A DNA stretch of 64,000 nucleotides from an uncultured Lachnospiraceae bacterium (GCA_964432825.1 CAYSOX010000004.1:26126-90125); one strand, 5' to 3'; positions 1 to 10,300 are shown, counted from the first letter of the stretch. Program-made: numbers and translations. The notes: generated by a model not told the origin, from the sequence alone.

Positions 1-327
1 GATTTGCAAGAGCCTACTCGTGAGCAATGGGATACTTCTTCAACAATAAGCAATTTTCCTATAAGATACGGAACGGAAAATCAAAGTGCATTTTTGGAGG
101 TTGGTGGTAATAAAAAGGAGGGGCAAGAAACTGCCCCAAATACGGTAATTTATATCAGATGCTATTTGAGTTATAATACCGTAGAAAAGGGAAATGAAAA
201 GTATGACCCTACTTTGACTGGAAGCCTTTCAGATAAAAATGGAATGATTGATAGTAGTCATAGTAGTAAAGCAACATTCTTTAAAAAATGGAAATTTAAA
301 TTAACATTTACAAATGCAGATAAATAA
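1..327 (+). CDS. 3' end of an unidentified protein-coding gene that begins upstream of the window
   Basis: Frame +1 is open from base 1 to TAA 325-327 (ORF track 4..327). No start context in the window. I recognise no family in the ~108 C-terminal residues. Confidence 0.4.
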   Translation, partial: DLQEPTREQWDTSSTISNFPIRYGTENQSAFLEVGGNKKEGQETAPNTVIYIRCYLSYNTVEKGNEKYDPTLTGSLSDKNGMIDSSHSSKATFFKKWKFKLTFTNADK

Positions 328-413
328 AACACCATACATCAAATTGAGGTGAATTCTCCTAAAGTTGTCTAACTTTGAGGGATTGATTTCAATAGGAAAG
401 GTGGTGTTTTTTT
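326..413 (+). terminator. Long-loop hairpin plus T-run directly after the partial ORF (candidate terminator or RNA element)
   Basis: AAAACACCA (326-334) can pair with TGGTGTTTT (402-410) around a 67-nt loop that has an internal AAAGTT/AACTTT stem. The T-run extends to 413. A paralogous hairpin with compensatory changes lies at 424-466. Confidence 0.3.
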
Positions 414-485
414 GTTGAAGAAAACTCCACACATCAAATAAAGGTGAGACTTTTTCATTTTGGAGTCGAATTATATGCATGAAGA

Positions 486-510
486 CACCCGCCACAACTT
501 GTGGCGGGTG
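486..510. repeat. GC-rich hairpin, copy 1 (CACCCGCCAC-aactt-GTGGCGGGTG)
   Basis: Perfect 10-bp stem with a 5-nt loop in otherwise AT-rich DNA. The same arms recur at 709-733. No T-run follows on either strand, so the function is unclear. Confidence 0.6.
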
Positions 511-525
511 TGCGGGCTGGTTGGA

Positions 526-640
526 GCGGTGGGGATGATTGGAGAAAATTTATTATAGGGCTATATGCTTGAGTTGGTTTAATTTTGTGGTTTGTTTCTA
601 AAATCTAAATAAACTTGCTGGGGTGTGAGTTGATTTGAAA
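526..640 (+). repeat. ~113-bp intergenic repeat unit, copy A
   Basis: GGATGATTGGAG(A/G)AAATTTATTATAGGGCTATATGCTTG...GTTTGTTTCTAAAATCTAAATAAACTTGCTGGGGTGTGAGTTGATT aligns at high identity by eye with 42724-42855. There, about 1.5 units are tandemly arranged in the same orientation. Confidence 0.8.
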
Positions 641-708
641 ATTAGTGTAAAATTGTAGGGTTTTATAAAAACAAAAAATTTTTAGGGTTTTTATTATATG
701 TGTGAAAA

Positions 709-757
709 CACCCGCCACAGATAGTGGCGGGTGCGCGGGACGGATACTATCCGTCCC
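709..757 (-). terminator. Tandem GC-rich hairpins, candidate terminator for the 963-3674 gene
   Basis: Copy 2 of CACCCGCCAC-N5-GTGGCGGGTG (709-733) is followed by GGGACGGAT-act-ATCCGTCCC (737-757). On the minus strand they lie ~200 nt past the stop at 963-965 and are followed by TTTTCAC. The T-tract is weak. Confidence 0.35.
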
Positions 758-780
758 CTACATTATGAGGTGGATTGCAA

Positions 781-883
781 GTTTAGTACTAGTGATTTAA
801 TGGTGTGTTGGTTTTGAGTTGGAGGTTTTAAAATCGGGGCAGTTTGGAACTAGTGATTTAATGGTGTGTTGGTTCTGAGTTGG
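781..883 (+). repeat. Direct repeat pair (~42 bp, 61-bp period)
   Basis: ACTAGTGATTTAATGGTGTGTTGGTT(T/C)TGAGTTGG occurs at 788-822 and 849-883 with 1 mismatch. The similar GTTTAGT/GTTTGGA prefixes extend the repeat to 781 and 842. Confidence 0.8.
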
Positions 884-962
884 GGTTCGCAAAACCGAAG
901 TTTCAAAGTAGGGGTTTCCAAAGCCTGTGTTATTTGAACCGAAATTTTCGAAAAATGATGAT

Positions 963-3674
963 TTAAGAGTCTAGTGGTTCTGAATCTGTGCTTTCAAAGT
1001 CGGGGCTTTGAAAGTCGGAATATTTGGAGCCTGTATTTTCGTAGTTGGTATTTGTAAAAACAGAGTCTTTGGAGTTTATGTTTTCCGAATCTGTATTTTT
1101 GGCGTAGGTATTTTTGTAGTTAGTGTTTTTAGAACCATTGTTTTCGAAGTCGGGGTTTTTGGCGTTGGTTTTTTTGTTATCAGTTTTTTCGTTGCTAGAA
1201 TTTTTAGCGTCGTTTTTTTCGAAGTCGGGGTTTTTAGTCTCGGCATTTTTAGTCTTGGAGGTTTGCGATGTAGGAGACTTTGGGGTGTTGTTTGAGGTGT
1301 AACGCTTTCGGAAGATGATTATCAATATTAAAAGAAGTATGTTTATTGCAACTAAAACTAAACCTATTATTTGTAAGGGGGTCAATTCGTCTGATTTTAT
1401 ATCTTCGGTTTGAATGTATCCATAGAACACCTGACCCGAGTCGTTTTGGTAGACGGCGCGGGTGTAGGTGCTTCCGGCACTAATTTTTTCAAGGAGTTTT
1501 ACGCGGGTGTTGTCCTCGATGCCCAAAGTCTCAAACTCTGCGATTTCCTCGTCGGAGTAGGAAGTTAAGTCGTCGGGAGAAGGTGTGAGGAACATTTTTG
1601 TTTCTCTTTTTGTTCTGCCGTTGCATTTAACTTTTTGGGTGGCGATTAAATTTTTGGATGAGTTAATCTGTGTGTAACGAACATATCCCGTGTTACCACT
1701 AGGGGTTGAAACGACATAGAAACTCTCGCCGTGAGAATTTTTCACCGTTTGTAAAACGGATTGAGTTAAAATTGAGTTGTCTTGTAGGCGTTCTACGATT
1801 TGGTTTTGGTTATCTTCTATAGTGCTTGGAAGGGCGAAGACTGGAACAGAAGAACCTAAGACTTTAACAGGCGTAGAGACTGGTGTTTTTTGAGTGTATT
1901 CAATAGGTGTGGTGTCTTTTAGGTACAAATAATAGTTTGTGGTTTTGGTTGTGTATAGACAATAGTAGTAATTTTTAAAAGCGACATCATCTTTGGCTAA
2001 AATTACAAGGTTGGTTCCGCTTGGAATTGTAAATTGAGGAGTTATTGAAAATGGGGTGGCATAAAGTTCGGCGGATTTTGTAACGCGAATAAACTGATGT
2101 GCGGAAGTTGTCTCAAGTGAAGGTTCGGGTGTTGAGTTTTCCATAAAAATTTGGATGGTGTCTCTTAGCCCGGTTGAGGTGAGTTTGTATATTACTTGAG
2201 CATTTGGGTCGGTGAAATATAGCGCGTCACCAATTTTTGCCATTGAAGATAGCGTTATTGATGTGAAGCGGTTTGGAAAAGTTCGGGTTATTAGATTTTT
2301 TAAATTGATTAGTCTAGTTGAACCGCTCTCATTTTTTTGCAAAACTCCGTTAGACTGCAAAAGATAGAGTGATTGGTTGGTAGAAATTACCGAAGTGATG
2401 GCTTTGTTTGGGGCGAAATTTGACCCGTTAACGGCCTCTTGCTCGGAGGAGAAGTAAGTCGTTGAACCATCGTTGGTAACTGCTTTGTAGTAACCGCTGG
2501 CGTTTTTTGTGAGTTGTACGGTGCAAGTGGACGCCTTTGAGTTCTCATCAATCAACTCATAATAAGACAAGAACAGCGAACCGTTGGATGCGTAAAGTGA
2601 TGTGATGTGGGTGTGGTCAGCATTTTCAACAATAAGTTCGTTTGCGGTTGTGTTATTTCGTGCGTATTGGTTAAAGTCGTAAGTTGACCCCGATGAAGAG
2701 AGGGTTTGACCGCTCTCCTCAATGGTTTCAACATTTAAAATTTTGTTGTCGTTTAGAAGATACAAAACTTCTTGGTTGGTGGATGAAGATTCTTCCGTGG
2801 TGGCGGAAGTTTGCGTTTCCACAGCAAAAAGCGTTGCATTTTCCATTTGGGTTTGAACTTTGGTATAAACTAAAGTTCCGTTTGTGTTTTTTATGCGATA
2901 AATTTCATTTTTATGTGTTTCAGGGTTGGTGGCTAAACAATATAAAAAAGTGCCAGAAAATTGCAAACTTAAGATGTTTTTCTTTTCGGTTGTTTCAGCG
3001 GTTGGGATTGGCGAAGTGGAGTTTGTTGAAAACCCCGTTAATCCTTCCGTGAAAGAATCGTAAACAAACAATGTTTCACCGTCGGTTGCTACAAGTTGTG
3101 GCGACTTAAGATAGGTGATTGCGGTTTGCGTGGCGGTAAAATTTGCTTTAGGTAATTTTTCGGTAGACACGCTCATTTTAAGGTCTGAACCATTAAAAAT
3201 TCTGGAGTAGTTGTCTGCAGAGAGGCTAGTCGCTGTAAAATTTCCGCTTGGATAGTTTGATGAAGAAAAGTTATTTAAAGAATTTTCTGTATCCAAAGAG
3301 TTGTTTTCAGTTGAGTTGCCGATTGCAGAGTTTAAAATTTTAGGTGAAATGCTTTGGTTTGTTGAATTTGCAAATACCTTTTTTGCGGTTGAATTCTGAA
3401 AAGTTGATAAATAAGAGCCTGAAGTAATAATGTCCTTTTTAGAATTTGGTGTGCCATTTAGTGTAAAATATTTAGGTGAAATATCTATTAAAGACATTGA
3501 ATTCAGCGATTCAATATTTTGCAAATTGCAAGAATGTGTGGTTGGTTGCTTGCTACAATTTGCAGTAGGCGAAGAAAAATTACGGCAAATTTGTGGCGTG
3601 GTGCAAGCCAAGACACTTCCAAATGCAAGTGTGGTTATTGCAATTCGTTTTAAATTTTTAATAGATTTTTTCAT
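963..3674 (-). CDS. Predicted lipoprotein / single-pass membrane protein: ectodomain with repeated blade-like segments, three SH3b-like segments, a TM helix and a low-complexity cytoplasmic tail
   Basis: The ORF track gives 963..3860. I place the start at ATG 3674-3672 because AGGA lies 9 nt upstream and the product then begins MKKSIKNLKRIAITTLAFGSVLAC (signal peptide plus lipobox). C-terminal TM LQIIGLVLVAINILLLILIIIF is followed by RKRY and an N/K/D/S-rich tail with NPDFE-type repeats. Segments ending GNTGYVRYTQI and QVFYGYIQTEDI resemble bacterial SH3 (SH3_3) domains. That resemblance is a call from memory, not a search. Confidence 0.75.
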   Translation of the reverse strand: MKKSIKNLKRIAITTLAFGSVLACTTPQICRNFSSPTANCSKQPTTHSCNLQNIESLNSMSLIDISPKYFTLNGTPNSKKDIITSGSYLSTFQNSTAKKVFANSTNQSISPKILNSAIGNSTENNSLDTENSLNNFSSSNYPSGNFTATSLSADNYSRIFNGSDLKMSVSTEKLPKANFTATQTAITYLKSPQLVATDGETLFVYDSFTEGLTGFSTNSTSPIPTAETTEKKNILSLQFSGTFLYCLATNPETHKNEIYRIKNTNGTLVYTKVQTQMENATLFAVETQTSATTEESSSTNQEVLYLLNDNKILNVETIEESGQTLSSSGSTYDFNQYARNNTTANELIVENADHTHITSLYASNGSLFLSYYELIDENSKASTCTVQLTKNASGYYKAVTNDGSTTYFSSEQEAVNGSNFAPNKAITSVISTNQSLYLLQSNGVLQKNESGSTRLINLKNLITRTFPNRFTSITLSSMAKIGDALYFTDPNAQVIYKLTSTGLRDTIQIFMENSTPEPSLETTSAHQFIRVTKSAELYATPFSITPQFTIPSGTNLVILAKDDVAFKNYYYCLYTTKTTNYYLYLKDTTPIEYTQKTPVSTPVKVLGSSVPVFALPSTIEDNQNQIVERLQDNSILTQSVLQTVKNSHGESFYVVSTPSGNTGYVRYTQINSSKNLIATQKVKCNGRTKRETKMFLTPSPDDLTSYSDEEIAEFETLGIEDNTRVKLLEKISAGSTYTRAVYQNDSGQVFYGYIQTEDIKSDELTPLQIIGLVLVAINILLLILIIIFRKRYTSNNTPKSPTSQTSKTKNAETKNPDFEKNDAKNSSNEKTDNKKTNAKNPDFENNGSKNTNYKNTYAKNTDSENINSKDSVFTNTNYENTGSKYSDFQSPDFESTDSEPLDS

Positions 3675-3958
3675 ATTGTTAGTTCCTTTTTTTAGTGAAA
3701 TACAATTCGGTTCTTTCATTTTGGGCTTATGTAAGTGCAACACGGTTTTGGTAAGTGGCAACAAGTATTTTGTTGTTTTATGGGGTGTTGCAAGTTTTGT
3801 GTGCCGTAAGGGAGTGACCGAAGTGTCTCTAAATTTGTAAATTATTTTTTTGACATTCAACAGAAAATTTCTATCCGCTTGTTTTTTGTTTAGTGGTTGA
3901 GCGGGGAAGATTGTTTATTGTATGCCAAATTTTTATTTTAATAATGTTAGTTTTTGAA

Positions 3959-4082
3959 GCACAAAATACTAGAAAATTTATGCGAAATTAGTTTTAATTT
4001 TTGCCAGTTGGTCACGAACAAAAATACTATGCTTTGCACAAAATACTAGAAAATTTATGCGAAATTAGTTTTAATTTTTGCC
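3959..4082. repeat. Two perfect 47-bp direct repeats (3959-4005 and 4036-4082)
   Basis: GCACAAAATACTAGAAAATTTATGCGAAATTAGTTTTAATTTTTGCC occurs twice, 77 bp apart. The pair lies between the giant-gene terminator hairpin and the start of the 963-3674 gene, so it is upstream of that gene on the minus strand. Confidence 0.9.
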
Positions 4083-4260
4083 GTCAAATTTTAAGCAAAA
4101 CAAAGAATGAATTAGGTGTTGACCGAGGGTTAAAGTGTCAAAATAAGCCCAAATTTTGGCTAATATTAAGTTGAGCGTTTTGCAAGTTTCAAAATTCGTG
4201 CATTTTTGAAAAATAATCTGCAAAAATTAATACAATTTTTTTTAAGTTTTATATTAAACT

Positions 4261-4288
4261 CTTTTGGAAGTTTTTAGGCTTCCAAAAG
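4261..4288 (-). terminator. Terminator-like hairpin just downstream of the giant ORF
   Basis: CTTTTGGAAG (4261-4270) pairs with CTTCCAAAAG (4279-4288) across an 8-nt loop, 32 nt past the TAA at 4320-4322. On the minus strand only a weak U-tract follows (AGUUUAAUAU). The plus-strand side is T-rich, so it may act in both directions. Confidence 0.45.
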
Positions 4289-4319
4289 GTTTAATTTTGT
4301 TTTTAATACAAGTTTGAAT

Positions 4320-7300
4320 TTAATCAAGGTTTGTAGTGTAGCCAGAGATTGTAGAGGTTATTTTTTTAGGTGTTCGAACTACGGTTGCTGGTGAAGTTCT
4401 ATTGCCTTCAATAAATCTAGTTGCCAATTCATTTGCACAATAGTTTGGTAGAAACATTTTTGCCAACGTGCAAAGAGTTAATGCACCAAACACAATCTTT
4501 AATACAGTGCCAAGTTTGTTTACAAACGATTTAAGTTGAGAACCGATTGTAAAGACTAGTACAGCAGACGCTACGATTGTTGAAAGAACACCTGTGCCCA
4601 GTACTGCAGCCCATTTTACTAATGCAGCAGAGACACTGGTGAATGCTCCGTGTGAAATAACTGCAATTGCTATAGCTGCGACGATTATTATAACGACCAT
4701 TACAATGGTAATTATTTTGTTAACCAATTTTTCGCGGTCGATTATCTCATCTACTTGACTTTCGGTTACAAAAGGCTTGCCGTCTACTAGAATTTGGACT
4801 TGCCTTAATGCGATGCGGTTGTCTGGAACATCTCTATTGCCTACGGTACGAGTTTCTTGGCTAGTAAGTCCGTTGTCGGTATTATTTAATATAATCTTAT
4901 TTACTAGTTTTGCAGAGCCAGTTGAGAAATTGAATAATGCTTTTTCACCGTCTTGATCTTTGATATCTTTGGTTATTGCGATGTAAGACTTAATAGTTAA
5001 ACTATATGAGTCAAATTCATTCATTCCGTATCTTGTGGATGTGAATCTAGTTGCAGCATTTTGGTCTCCGGTAGAGTAATAGTTTGCTCCGCGGGCAGAT
5101 GTGTTTGATAGATATGGGAAGAAGTATCCATACCAACTAGACATTTCCATTGAAGATAAGTAATCGCTTAAACTTTCACCACCGGATTGAGTTAAGGTAA
5201 AGTGAGTATTAATGCTGTTTTGAGTAACTTTTACATCCTTTTTGTTTATAGAATTGTTAGTATTAACATAATAATCACTAGAAATGTTTTGGGTATAATA
5301 GTAGCCCATAGGACCTGCTGAAATATCTTCGTTACCATCAACTCCTGCGTATACAAGATTTACATCGGCTTCGGCTAATGCATCGTATTGTTCTTTTAAT
5401 CCTTCAACATTTTTGTATTCTTCAGATTGATAGTTAGAGTATTCGCCTAATTCAACTTGTTCTTTGATTTGAATATCTGTGATTATGAAGTCATTGTAAT
5501 TTGCACTAAGGTCACATTGAAGAAGTTCGAATGCGGATAGAACATAGGTGGTAAGCTTGGTTTGAACTAGTTCTTGCCATTCGGCTCTTGTTTTGTCGTC
5601 AATTTTATAGTTTTTGAATATTTCGCCGTATGCTTTATCGATGCTATTGCCACTGCGGTCTGTCAACGAATATTCAACATATTGGGCATTAAAAGCTCCT
5701 CCATCTGAATAGAAGTTGTCGGCCTTACCTGAATATCCATTCACAAAATTACCTAATAATACAGCCAACAAAGTATTTGGATCGGTTATCATAATTTTAT
5801 CATCATCTTCCCCCCAATTATCAATGTCCCATTTACCAGGGGTAATGCTTCGGTCGTAAGCGTATAAGTCATGATCCCACCACAATTTATTTTGTTCTAG
5901 ACAGTGTTCAATTGCCCCAGTAAGCATTTCTAGATTATCACACTTTTTAATAATTTCGTTTATAGCGATAGTATATTTATCTATGTTGTTATAGTCATTT
6001 GTAAATGCATTAAAGGAAAGGTTTGTTATAGCGTATTCCGTGTTTGCAATGTCCATATAGTAATACAATTCAGGTAAATTTAATAATGCTGTCTGAATAT
6101 CGGTTGATGTAAGTGTTTTAAACAAATCATCGGTTGTAGTGCCTGAGTTATAAATTGAAATACCTGCGCCGGTAGACAACTTTGCGCGTTGAAAGAAATA
6201 TGTTGTTTCTTCTTGAGCAAAAGGGGTTTTTAATATATCAGCATCGGTATAGTTAGGGCTTGCTGGGGTTCCAATTTTTTCGTCTATTGCAATTCGTGTA
6301 AATACTTTAAATGCAATTTTTTGAGCACCTTGCAATTCTTTGATTTCAACAATTTGCCCAATATACTCTGCCCCTTGACCATTTAAGATGTTTAAGATGT
6401 CTTGATATTTATTACTGTTTTCACTTAAGCCGTAATATTCAATGTATTCGTGATCTTCTAAACCTCTTGTCTGACTAAATGAACACTCAAATGCTTTACC
6501 CCACATGTTGTCCATGTCGGTAAATCCTATTGCTGGTGCAAGATGATAGTAGTCAAGAAGATTACTTGCAAGAGACCTGTTATTACTATAATATTGCGTT
6601 GCATAGAGCATTAATGGCCAATATTTTAAGCAAGAACGTTCAGGTTGGTTATAATATGAACTTCCGACATAACTAGTTAAATCGACATCGGTATTATGAT
6701 TTTTAATTGAAATATATGACAATGCGGTATTATTTTCTACTGAACCATTTTGAATTGGATTTGTTAAATTTTCAAAAAAGTATGTTAATGTATTGTTTGC
6801 AATATTGTTCTTTGTGTTCACTTTATAGTTGTCGCTTAAAAGTGAGGTAAAATCTAGGTACATTTCATAAGAACCGTTACCATTGTTTTTATTTGAAATT
6901 TCAAATTGAGATAATAATTCTTTAAATCCTGCAGAGAAATAATTCATAAAATCAAGGTCTGAAGATTGTTTTTCAAATTTTAAATGAATGTCGTTAGTTT
7001 CATCTTCTTTTATAGTTCCATCACTGTCTATATATTTTAAGTTTTTATCTCCGCCAATATAGTTTACGTTTGAATCTTCATTAGGGTCTAACCAATCTTT
7101 AAACAATTCAGACCATTTTGCAGTGTATGTATTAATATAACCGTTAAGGTTTATGAAATTGTCTTGTACAACACCAGAGCCGGCAGGTTTGTTTATGAAA
7201 GGATTTTCCGTTTTGGAAACCGTAAAGCCTAGAGTTTGTAAATCATAATAGAAATATGTATATTCTAACACGGCGGTGTGAAGTTTTTCGTCTGGGGATT

Positions 7301-10300
7301 CGATGTAAGAATAGGTAGCGACGGATTTAACAAGGTCTATTACTGAGAAGCCTATTGTTACAGGTGAACCATTCATATCCTTTAAGGCGATTGAGTTATT
7401 TGAGTCTTGTAATGCGTCTGAGTATGCATTTACATAGCGTCCTAATGTTTCATAATTTTGGGTTCTTAATTGATCATAAGTTAAACCAAGTACTTCTTGA
7501 ATTGTGGTATGAACGTCGTCTTCTGTGCCATAGGTTGAAGGGTCGAAGAATACAATTGTGCCTGAAGTGAAGGTATTATCATTAAACACAAGTCCGTATG
7601 CAAGATATGCTGCCATAAGTTCATTTTTATACGTTTTATATGCTCTTGTATCTGAAGTGTCGGACTTATAGTTGGCATAAGCGGTGATTATGTTATACAA
7701 TACAGCATTATAATATGAACTAAAGTTGTTTAGATAATCTTGAACAGAGAGAACTGCAAGGTATCCGTTAATTTTATCATTAAATTCATCGGTGTAGACA
7801 TAGTAACCTTTGTTTTTGTCGAACTGCGCATATTTTTGATCTGGACTATATTCGCCAGATTTATTATAGAAAGCACATTGTGTTTGGCTTTCAATATACA
7901 ACTCTAAAGCAGAAGTTAAGTAATAATAGGTACAAAGTTCTTCGTATTGTTCTTTTTTGCTATTCTCAGCGGATAACTTCAATAGGAAGGTTTGGAAAGT
8001 ATTGTAATCTTCTTCTTGTAACTCTTCTTCCGTTTTCCCTGGTGTAGGTGTAGGGGTAGGAACTGCAGGGGTATCAACTATTAGGCTAAGTGGTAAGTTT
8101 GCAGTGTTAATAACTTCTGTATTTTCACCATAGTTCACAGAAAGTTCCATCATTTGAGTTTCGTTTTCAGTATATAATTTTGTAACTTCAACACTTATCC
8201 TAGGAATATTAATGATTCCGAGTGTGTTTTTAGGTAGGTCAAGTATATTATTTTGGGAGTCTAAATCGTTGAATATATAGTCAATTTCTTCTAGTAACTG
8301 GTAGTAACGGTAGGCACCTGGGTAGTTTGATTCGTCTGATGGTTCCGGTGCTTTTCCATCTTTGTCAGTATAACATGCTGCAGCATTGCTACGCCAGTTT
8401 GTTAAAGTTTCGTTTAATAAAGTTATGTAATCGCTTGAGTCATCGTCTTTAGGTGGGGTGATGTCTTCGGATGGGATATCTAAACCATTTTTGTATGCAA
8501 TAAATAATTTGCCTAATGTGGTGTCTGGATTGTTGCGGTCGCGTTCCATATTTTTATTCATTCGCTCTAGCAATTTGTTTTGATCTAAGACATTGTAATT
8601 ATTTAGTAGGTTGTTGAATGCCTTTTTAGCATTGTCGCCACTATTTTCACCTACTGCGTCCAAATTAGAACCCGAGCCTGCTGAAAGAATATTTTGGAAT
8701 TCGTCTATTTGAGACAAGTAGGCGTTTGCACCTTTAAACTTATAAATATTATAGGTTGAGAACATATTTGATAGATAATTTGAAAGTTCGTTGTATTTGT
8801 CCATCTCATCATTTTTAGCGTAGTTGATTAGTGTATTTAATAAATCGGAGACGGTTTCAACTGAATATTTATTAGTTTCTTTTTCGTAGGTAGACTTATC
8901 TAAGAAACCGGTGTTGCTGGATGTTTCGCCATCGGCGTTTAGTTCAATTTCTAGGGCGATTGCGCGGACGGTGAAGCCTACATTTACTATTACATCATAA
9001 GCAGATGAGGTTACATTGCCGTATTCGTCTGGAACTATTACATTGTTGAATGCTTTGTAGTTGCCGTATGCGAATTTGGTTTCGTCAATCTTTGCAAAGC
9101 CTTCTGGTTTTGAGTAGCCGGCATAGAATAGTGCGCTGTTTCGTTGTAAGCCGTCGGTATAGTCGGTTCCTGCGTTTAGTAATATTTGGATTGCTGGGAA
9201 TCCGCTTGATGGGGTGGCGGTAACTTTTGCACGAATGTAGAAGTTTGTTTTGCCTCCTTGGATTCCTTGACCGATTGTATCTGCGGTTATACTTGTTATA
9301 GCGTTATCTATTTCCTTAATGAAATCCATTTGGAACTTAGAAGAATCTGAAGTGTTGACTTGGATTCGGTCGGAATTGATTGAGCCGTCGGCATTTACAT
9401 ATTCATTTACATCGCTAACGCTAGATTTTAGAGTGTAAGAATTGAATGCGTCGGCGGTTAATTTAACTATTTTGTATTGTCGTCCGTTATAGTTTGTGTC
9501 GCCGTTAAATAGCATTACATAAACTGAATTGTCGGAAGCGTTTGAGAATGGATGGTGAGCCTCTTTAGTTTTGTAATCATAAACGAAGTGTAAGCCGTTT
9601 TCTTCGTCTTGTTCTACTTGTTGACTTAAAACTTTGCAGAATACATAAGTTTGTTCATATTTTGAGCTTCGGTAGGTTGCAAGTTTGTAGAATTCGGAAT
9701 CATTTCGTGCTGAGTTTGCTCCGTTGAAATACATACCGCCAGCGTAAATATATGCAGAAGATGGGGTGGCGGAAAGATTAGTGTAAGTTTCATTTGTTGC
9801 ACTTGCTACCGCGTAAATTGAGTTGTATGAATTGATTAGGTTTCCGTTTATGTCGTATATGAATGATTTAATTTCGTCAACTGAAATTGAGTCACTTTCT
9901 TGGAATACGCCATCTTTTAATTCGTAAGTTTGAATTTTTTGTTTTGTGCTGTCCAATTCAAAGTAATGTTTTCCTAAATCGTTATTTGGTTCGACTCCGA
10001 CATTTTTGTATTCGCCATTGCCATCATTGGCTGTTTCATCAAATTCCAATAAGTCGTCTTTGAATGAAATGTATTCATCAACAACTCCGTTTAAGGCGTC
10101 GTATGTTTGGTCGGTTTCGTTAATTACGATTTCTAAGATGTAACTTGCTGGTCGGAAGTATGCGTTTAGAGTGGTTTTGCCTTTAAGTTTTGCACTTAGA
10201 GTGGTGAATGCTTTGTCTTGAGCGTACATAAAGTAGCCTTGAACTTTTCCACTTTCAAGTTTTCCTGCTTGTGCTACGGTTACCTTTGAGTAGTCTTGAG

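Noticed and set aside
3675-3860. Longer N-terminal extensions offered by the ORF track (3675-3860, 48819-48893, 43879-43953, 59201-59212)
   Set aside because: In each case an internal start has a proper AGGA/GAGG/AAGGAG RBS at 5-9 nt and yields a sensible N-terminus, either a signal peptide or a start right after a promoter. The upstream extensions lack an RBS, and for 48893 the extension overlaps the predicted -35.
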